This document shows positions 19,886-25,120 of a stretch of 25,120 nucleotides of DNA, piece after piece (the stretch's first letter is position 1; every line of letters starts with the position of its first letter). A model generated the notes under the pieces. That model saw nothing but the letters and a program-made list of their open reading frames with translations, was not told the origin of the DNA and made no database searches. The position numbers and the translations under genes are program-made. The stretch is from an uncultured Muribaculaceae bacterium (GTDB lineage: Bacteria > Bacillota_I > Bacilli_A > RF39 > UBA660), in assembly GCA_964600095.1 (NCBI GenBank), contig CAZRIC010000002.1, positions 1-25,120 of the forward strand, read 5' to 3'.

Positions 19886-21100
19886 ATGAAAGAAAATTTT
19901 GAAAAATATGCGGATTTGTTATTAATACGTTGTTTAAATTTAAAAGAAAGAGTAAGACCATTACTTATTTCAGCGCCTATTAAGGCTATTGATTTTGTTC
20001 AAGTACTTACTCATAGAGCTTATGAGCTTGGGATTACAGATATTCATTTTGATTGGGAGGATAATGGACTAAAAAGAGAACAATTACTCCATTTAGGAAA
20101 AGAAGATTTGTTAGAGAGCTCTTTTTGGAATAAAAAAATATTTGATGAATATGCCAAGAAGGATGCAGCTTTTCTAATGTTATATTCGGATGCTCCAGAA
20201 ATGATGAAAGATATTCCAAGTGAAAAAATATCTTGGACTTCCCATCAATTTAGGGCTTCGAGACCTTATTATAAAAAAAGGCAAAGTACAGATGATGTAC
20301 CATGGTGTATCGCTATTGTAGCAACCGAAGAATATGCTAAACAAGTATTTCCTGATAAGGAAAATGCATTAGAATTAGCATGGGATGCTATATTCAAGTG
20401 CTGTCTTATATATGAAGATAATCCTATTGCAGCATGGGATGATAAGACAAAATTGAGTCATAAGAAAAGTTCTTTATTAAATCAATATCGTTTTCGTTAT
20501 CTTCATTATCAAAATAATTTAGGAACGGATTTAGTAATTGAGTTACCTAAAGATCATGTATGGTGTGGCGCTGGAGATGGACCTTTAATTGTTAATATGC
20601 CAACAGAAGAAGTATTTACTACCCCTCTTAGAACGGGAGTAAATGGTACTATTTATAGCGCAAGACCACTTGTATATGGTGGCTCTTTAATTGAGAACTT
20701 TTCATTCCGTTTAGAAGAGGGAAAAATTGTTGAGATAAATGCTCTAAAGGGAAAAGAAATATTAGAAGACATGGTAGCAACAGATGATAATTCTTGTTAT
20801 TTAGGAGAGGTAGCATTAGTTGATTATGATTCGCCTATTTCTAATATGAATATTGTTTTTTATGAGACTTTATATGACGAGAATGCTTCTTGCCATTTAG
20901 CGATAGGAGATGGATTCCCTAAGTGTTATAAAAATGGAGAAAAGATGTCACGAGAAGAACTACTAGAACAGGGAGTCAATCATTCAACTGTTCATACCGA
21001 TTTTATGGTAGGAACTTCTGATTTAAAAATTATTGGAACTACTTGGGATGGTACAGAATATACCATTTTTGAAAATGGAAATTTTATTTTAGAGGGATAG
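19886..21100 (+). CDS. ampS: M29 aminopeptidase (AmpS/PepS family)
   Basis: NMPTEEVFTTP, LGEVAL, LYDENASCHLAIG, NHSTVHTDFMVG. Confidence 0.92.
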   Translation: MKENFEKYADLLLIRCLNLKERVRPLLISAPIKAIDFVQVLTHRAYELGITDIHFDWEDNGLKREQLLHLGKEDLLESSFWNKKIFDEYAKKDAAFLMLYSDAPEMMKDIPSEKISWTSHQFRASRPYYKKRQSTDDVPWCIAIVATEEYAKQVFPDKENALELAWDAIFKCCLIYEDNPIAAWDDKTKLSHKKSSLLNQYRFRYLHYQNNLGTDLVIELPKDHVWCGAGDGPLIVNMPTEEVFTTPLRTGVNGTIYSARPLVYGGSLIENFSFRLEEGKIVEINALKGKEILEDMVATDDNSCYLGEVALVDYDSPISNMNIVFYETLYDENASCHLAIGDGFPKCYKNGEKMSREELLEQGVNHSTVHTDFMVGTSDLKIIGTTWDGTEYTIFENGNFILEG

Positions 21101-21113
21101 TATTCCTCTTTTT
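21091..21113 (+). terminator. Terminator overlapping the aminopeptidase stop
   Basis: AGAGGGA-TAGTA-TTCCTCT plus T-run. Confidence 0.55.
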
Positions 21114-21115
21114 AA

Positions 21116-21144
21116 TTGCCTTTTGTTTTTATTTCTTGTATACT
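21116..21144 (+). promoter_or_regulatory. sigmaA promoter of nfnAB
   Basis: TTGCCT, 17 nt, TATACT. Confidence 0.6.
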
Positions 21145-21161
21145 TATAGTAAGGTGAGGAT

Positions 21162-22025
21162 ATGTATAGAATTAGAAAAAATGAAGAAATTGGAAAAGAT
21201 GTTTATTTGTTGGAAGTAGAAGCTCCGTTAGTGGTTAAGAAATGTTTACCAGGACAATTTGTTATTGTAATGGCAAATGAGAGTTCAGAACGAATTCCTC
21301 TTACTATTTATGACTATGATAATACTAGCGGGATACTTAGTTTAATATATCAAGTTATTGGGGCATCAACGATGGAATTAACTAGTGTAAGAGATAACTT
21401 ATTTTCAGTAGTAGGACCTCTAGGAAATCCATCTATTTTAATGAACAATGATGATATTTTAGATAAGAAAATTCTTTTTGTAGCAGGAGGGGTTGGCATA
21501 GCACCTGTTTATCCACAGGCAAAATATTTAACAAGTCGTGGCGTTGATGTTGATATTATTTATGGTGCTAGAACAAAAGATATTATTGTTATAGAAGAAG
21601 AAGTAAAAAAAGTATGTAATAATCTTTATATTACAACAGATGATGGAAGCTATGGGTTAAAGGGAAATGTTACTGATGTTATGAAAACATTAGATAAAAA
21701 GTATGACTACTGTGTAGCAATTGGACCAGTAGTAATGATGAAATTTGTTTCTTTATATACAAAAGAATTAGGTATTAAAACAATTGTTAGTATGAATCCT
21801 ATCATGGTAGATGGAACAGGTATGTGTGGAGCTTGTAGATTGTTAGTTGATGGTGAAGTAAAATTCGCTTGTGTAGATGGTCCTGAATTTGATGGACATA
21901 AAGTGGATTTTGATAATGCATTAAAAAGAATGAGTATTTATAAAACAGAAGAAGGAAGAAAAAAACTAATGATGGAAGAAGGAAGCTCCCATCATGGTGG
22001 TTGTGGAAATTGTGGTGATAAATAA
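21162..22025 (+). CDS. nfnA: NfnA/SudB-type FAD, [2Fe-2S] transhydrogenase subunit
   Basis: PGQFVIV, ERIPLTI, GPLG, VAGGVGIAP, AIGPVVMM, NPIMVDGTGMCGACR, ACVDGPEF. Confidence 0.9.
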   Translation: MYRIRKNEEIGKDVYLLEVEAPLVVKKCLPGQFVIVMANESSERIPLTIYDYDNTSGILSLIYQVIGASTMELTSVRDNLFSVVGPLGNPSILMNNDDILDKKILFVAGGVGIAPVYPQAKYLTSRGVDVDIIYGARTKDIIVIEEEVKKVCNNLYITTDDGSYGLKGNVTDVMKTLDKKYDYCVAIGPVVMMKFVSLYTKELGIKTIVSMNPIMVDGTGMCGACRLLVDGEVKFACVDGPEFDGHKVDFDNALKRMSIYKTEEGRKKLMMEEGSSHHGGCGNCGDK

Positions 22026-23377
22026 TGGAAAAAGTAAAAATGCGTATTGCAGATGCAGAGACTCGTACTCATAATTTTGAAGAAGTAGCACTTGGTTACA
22101 CAGAAGAAGAAGTATTAAAAGAAGCTAATCGTTGTCTTAATTGTGCAAATCCTAGATGTGTAAAAGGATGCCCAGTAAATATTCGTATTCCGGAGTTTAT
22201 TCATGCTATTAAAGAAAAGGATATGCAAAAAGCTTATGAAATAATTCAGGAATCTTCCAGTTTACCAGCTGTATGTGGTAGAGTTTGCCCACAAGAAAAG
22301 CAATGTGAAGCAATGTGTATCAAAGGATTTAAAGGAGATGCTATTTCTATTGGTGCTTTAGAGCGTTATGTTGCTGACTATGCACGTGAAAATCATTTGA
22401 CATTAACAAAAGAAATAGAAAAGAAAGATAAAAAGGTAGCTGTTATAGGAGCAGGCCCAAGTGGCTTATCTTGTGCAGGAGAACTTGCTAAAAATGGTTA
22501 TGAAGTAACTATTTTTGAAGCTCTTCATAAAGCAGGAGGCGTGCTTACTTATGGAATACCTGAATTTCGATTACCAAAAAAGATAGTAGAAGAAGAAGTA
22601 GATTCTTTAAAAAAATTAGGAGTTAAAATAGAATTAAATGCAGTTATTGGAAAAAGTTTAAGTTTAGAAGATTTACAGGAAGAATATGACTCTATTTATT
22701 TAGCCACTGGTGCAGGTCTTCCTAAATTTATGGGAATAGAAAATGAAAATGCAAATGAAGTATTTTCTGCAAATGAGGTACTTACCCGTATTAATTTGAT
22801 GAATGCTTATCAAAAAGATGCGATGACACCTGTTAAAGATTCTAAAGTAGCAGTTGTTGTAGGTGGTGGAAATGTTGCAATGGATGCTGCTCGTAGTCTT
22901 AGAAGATTAGGAATTGAAGTTCATATTGTCTATAGACGGGATATGGATGAAATGCCTGCTCGTAAAGAAGAAGTAGAACATGCTAAAGAAGAAGGTATTA
23001 TTTTTGATACATTAAAAAATCCAACTCGTATTTTGAAAGATGAAGATAATCATGTTACAGGTGTTGAACTGATTGCTATGGAATATGCTGGTGAAGTAGA
23101 TGGTAGAAAGTCAGTTAAAGAAATACCTAATAGTTATACTATTATGAACTGTGATACAGTAGTCATGGCTCTTGGAACTTCTGCTAATACTTTAGCAACC
23201 ACTGATTCTAAGATTGAAAGAAATGATCGTAATCTAATTATTGTTGATGGGACAAAAACTAGTGAAGAAGGTGTTTTTGCAGGGGGAGATGCTGTTACAG
23301 GAGCTGCTACAGTAATCCTTGCTATGGAAGCAGGTAAAAAGGCTGCTTCTGAGATTATCGAATATTTAACTAAATAA
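22025..23377 (+). CDS. nfnB: NfnB/SudA-type (GltD-like) NADPH, Fe-S flavoprotein subunit
   Basis: RCLNC...CVKGCP, CGRVCPQEKQCE, IGAGPSG, YGIPEFRLP, GGGNVAMDAAR, FAGGD; TAATG coupling to nfnA. Confidence 0.9.
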   Translation: MEKVKMRIADAETRTHNFEEVALGYTEEEVLKEANRCLNCANPRCVKGCPVNIRIPEFIHAIKEKDMQKAYEIIQESSSLPAVCGRVCPQEKQCEAMCIKGFKGDAISIGALERYVADYARENHLTLTKEIEKKDKKVAVIGAGPSGLSCAGELAKNGYEVTIFEALHKAGGVLTYGIPEFRLPKKIVEEEVDSLKKLGVKIELNAVIGKSLSLEDLQEEYDSIYLATGAGLPKFMGIENENANEVFSANEVLTRINLMNAYQKDAMTPVKDSKVAVVVGGGNVAMDAARSLRRLGIEVHIVYRRDMDEMPARKEEVEHAKEEGIIFDTLKNPTRILKDEDNHVTGVELIAMEYAGEVDGRKSVKEIPNSYTIMNCDTVVMALGTSANTLATTDSKIERNDRNLIIVDGTKTSEEGVFAGGDAVTGAATVILAMEAGKKAASEIIEYLTK

Positions 23378-23382
23378 ATAAG

Positions 23383-23424
23383 ATAGGATAAATGGAAGAA
23401 ACATTTCCATTTATCCTATTTTTT
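23383..23424 (+). terminator. nfnAB terminator
   Basis: 15-bp perfect stem ATAGGATAAATGGAA / TTCCATTTATCCTAT plus T-run. Confidence 0.88.
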
Positions 23425-23450
23425 GTTATAATGAAAATGTAGGTATTTTT

Positions 23451-24152
23451 ATGTTAGAAGAGATAAAAGAAAAAATAACTACTGATGAAGAATATCTTAC
23501 ATGGATGGACAAAATAGCAAAAGTAGAAATGGAATTTGCTAATTCTTCATCTTTTAATAATAAAGTTGCTTTGGATCATGGAAAAAATCATATGAATAGG
23601 GTAGCGAATACTACTTATATCTTATTAAAAGAATATGGAGAAGATGAAAATACTTGTTTTCTTGGTTATGTAGCAGGATTAATTCATGACATTGGAATGA
23701 TATATGGTAAAGATAAACATGCTGAAAATGGTAGTAATCTAGCCTCTTCCTTTTTGCGAAAATTTAATTTTTTGACGGATGAAGAAATAAAAATTATATG
23801 TGAAGCTATATCTACTCATGGAAGTGGTAAACATGCTACTAGTGTTATTGGTTCTTTTTTAGCAATATCAGATAAAATAGATATGTGTGAAGAACGTACT
23901 TTAGGTAGGGTCTCTTCTATTAAATTTATTCAGAATTATGTAGCTCATATCCAAGGAAATATACTAAGAATATCTTATGATTTTTCAAAAGAAGAAGGTA
24001 AAAAAGGTTTATATATGATACCAAAATCTATCGATATTCCATATTCTATAGGAAATTCTTTAGGATTGAAGGTAGAATTTTATATAAATGGAAAATTAGA
24101 AAATTTTGAAGATAGAAAAGAATACCAGGGGAATATTTATTATAGAAAGTAG
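23451..24152 (+). CDS. HD-domain phosphohydrolase
   Basis: DHGKNH...RV, LIHDIG, KHAENG, H, SDKID: the H...HD...D metal-binding pattern. Confidence 0.85.
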   Translation: MLEEIKEKITTDEEYLTWMDKIAKVEMEFANSSSFNNKVALDHGKNHMNRVANTTYILLKEYGEDENTCFLGYVAGLIHDIGMIYGKDKHAENGSNLASSFLRKFNFLTDEEIKIICEAISTHGSGKHATSVIGSFLAISDKIDMCEERTLGRVSSIKFIQNYVAHIQGNILRISYDFSKEEGKKGLYMIPKSIDIPYSIGNSLGLKVEFYINGKLENFEDRKEYQGNIYYRK

Positions 24153-24158
24153 GCTAAT

Positions 24159-24770
24159 ATGATAGAAGTTGAATTAAAATATAAATTAAAGAGTTTTCCA
24201 AAAGTAGAATTTCCTCTTATTGAAGAAAGAAAGGAAGAAGACATTTACTATGATACAAAAAATTATGATTTATTAAAGAAAGGAAACTTTTTACGTATTA
24301 GAAATCAAGAAAAGTTAGATTTTAAATTAAGTACAAATGATTTAACGCATCTTTATTGTAAAGAAACTAGATTTTCTTTTAATCCTTTCCCATCTTCTAA
24401 AATAGAAGAAGTGTTTCATAATTTAAAGCTTGATATTTCTTTCACTAACTATGAAGAGTTTAAAAAGAATCTCATTGTTTTGGCACCCATTATAAAAAAT
24501 CGTAAAACTTATAAAATTGGTGAAAATATTACTATGGTATTAGACGAGATTGATAATTTAGGATATTTTCTAGAAATCGAATATGATGTGGATCAAAATT
24601 CTATTACAGATGAAGAAGGAAAAAAGTATAAAGAGATATTAATTGATATTTTAAAAGAAAATCAATTATTGCGTGAAGAAGATGTCAAAGTAACAATAGG
24701 GTATGTGGAACTTTATTTAAAAAAATATAATATAGAAGCTTATCATTTAGGTCTTTATCAAGAAAATTAA
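24159..24770 (+). CDS. CYTH / triphosphate tunnel metalloenzyme
   Basis: IEVELK (ExExK), DIYYD, FLRIR, KNRKTY, LDEI..LGYFLEIE. Confidence 0.88.
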   Translation: MIEVELKYKLKSFPKVEFPLIEERKEEDIYYDTKNYDLLKKGNFLRIRNQEKLDFKLSTNDLTHLYCKETRFSFNPFPSSKIEEVFHNLKLDISFTNYEEFKKNLIVLAPIIKNRKTYKIGENITMVLDEIDNLGYFLEIEYDVDQNSITDEEGKKYKEILIDILKENQLLREEDVKVTIGYVELYLKKYNIEAYHLGLYQEN

Positions 24771-24792
24771 TGGATATATTATCCATTTTTTT
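24769..24792 (+). terminator. Intrinsic terminator
   Basis: AATGGATA-TAT-TATCCATT plus T-run. Confidence 0.7.
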
Positions 24793-24817
24793 ATTTGAAA
24801 AAATTTCTTTCTAACAT

Positions 24818-24846
24818 TTGGAAAATAGGATGTCTTGTGTTATAAT
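24818..24846 (+). promoter_or_regulatory. sigmaA promoter of cdaA
   Basis: TTGGAA, 17 nt, TATAAT with extended TG. Confidence 0.7.
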
Positions 24847-24880
24847 AGATTATGCTAGTGATTAGTTATGGAGGGAAAAT

Positions 24881-25120
24881 ATGATAGTGGATTTAGCCAG
24901 AAAATTTATTGATATTTTACTGGTTTGGTTAGTACTTTATTATGTATTAAAAAGTTTAAGAAAAAATGTTAAAATGATTCTTCTTTTTAAAGGAATTATT
25001 TTTATCGTCGCATTAGTTTTAATTAGTAAGATTTTTAATTTAGTAACAATAGGATATCTATTAGACTATGTATTAGAATGGGGAATTTTAGCTATTATTG
25101 TAATCTTTCAACCTGAAATT
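24881..25120 (+). CDS. cdaA: Diadenylate cyclase CdaA, N-terminal 80 aa (runs off the window)
   Basis: Not in ORF track. MIVDLARKFIDILLVWLVLYYVLK...KGII...GILAIIVIFQPEI matches the CdaA/YbbP three-TM N-terminus (DIllV...IvIFQPE); GGAGG SD. Confidence 0.88.
   Translation, partial: MIVDLARKFIDILLVWLVLYYVLKSLRKNVKMILLFKGIIFIVALVLISKIFNLVTIGYLLDYVLEWGILAIIVIFQPEI

Noticed and set aside
20034-20219. 61-aa minus-strand ORF
   Set aside because: Antisense shadow of the aminopeptidase.
22025-23377. Glutamate synthase annotation
   Set aside because: No large subunit; coupling to an NfnA/SudB-type gene identifies the known NfnAB transhydrogenase.
1-25120. UGA-to-Trp recoding (code 4)
   Set aside because: Conserved Trp residues use TGG, long ORFs translate intact under code 11, trxA ends at a TGA coupled to trxB, and the tRNA-Trp anticodon is CCA.

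Overview
AT-rich (visibly under ~30% GC) chromosomal window from a Firmicute using genetic code 11 and sigmaA-type promoters; the mix of housekeeping, sporulation (cwlJ) and orphan genes suggests a genome-reduced gut Bacilli lineage (inference). Housekeeping content: trxA-trxB, SAM-I riboswitch-metK, an NrnB-like DHH phosphoesterase, a short pyk-like gene with a NUDIX gene, cysK, cwlJ, tRNA-Trp(CCA), tRNA-Ala(UGC), a divergent def, an M29 aminopeptidase, nfnAB, HD and CYTH genes, and the 5' end of cdaA. Accessory genes: a GH25 muramidase, a MoxR AAA+ ATPase paired with a 938-aa membrane transglutaminase-like protein, a beta-helix/SLH protein, a short M3-like HExxH protein, a second Cys-His-Asp protein and Zn-ribbon proteins. 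The standout is a feature missed by the ORF track upstream of cysK. It comprises a sigmaA promoter, a 19-aa leader peptide with a Cys cluster (MKKRVFANCCCYCYILFFV), a 12-bp antiterminator that overlaps the leader stop codon and a mutually exclusive 18-bp terminator. This is the layout of a ribosome-mediated cysteine attenuator; a second Cys-Cys uORF overlaps the cysK start. Also notable is a candidate ~132-nt sRNA with its own promoter and terminator. All structures were paired by hand; no folding program or database search was run.
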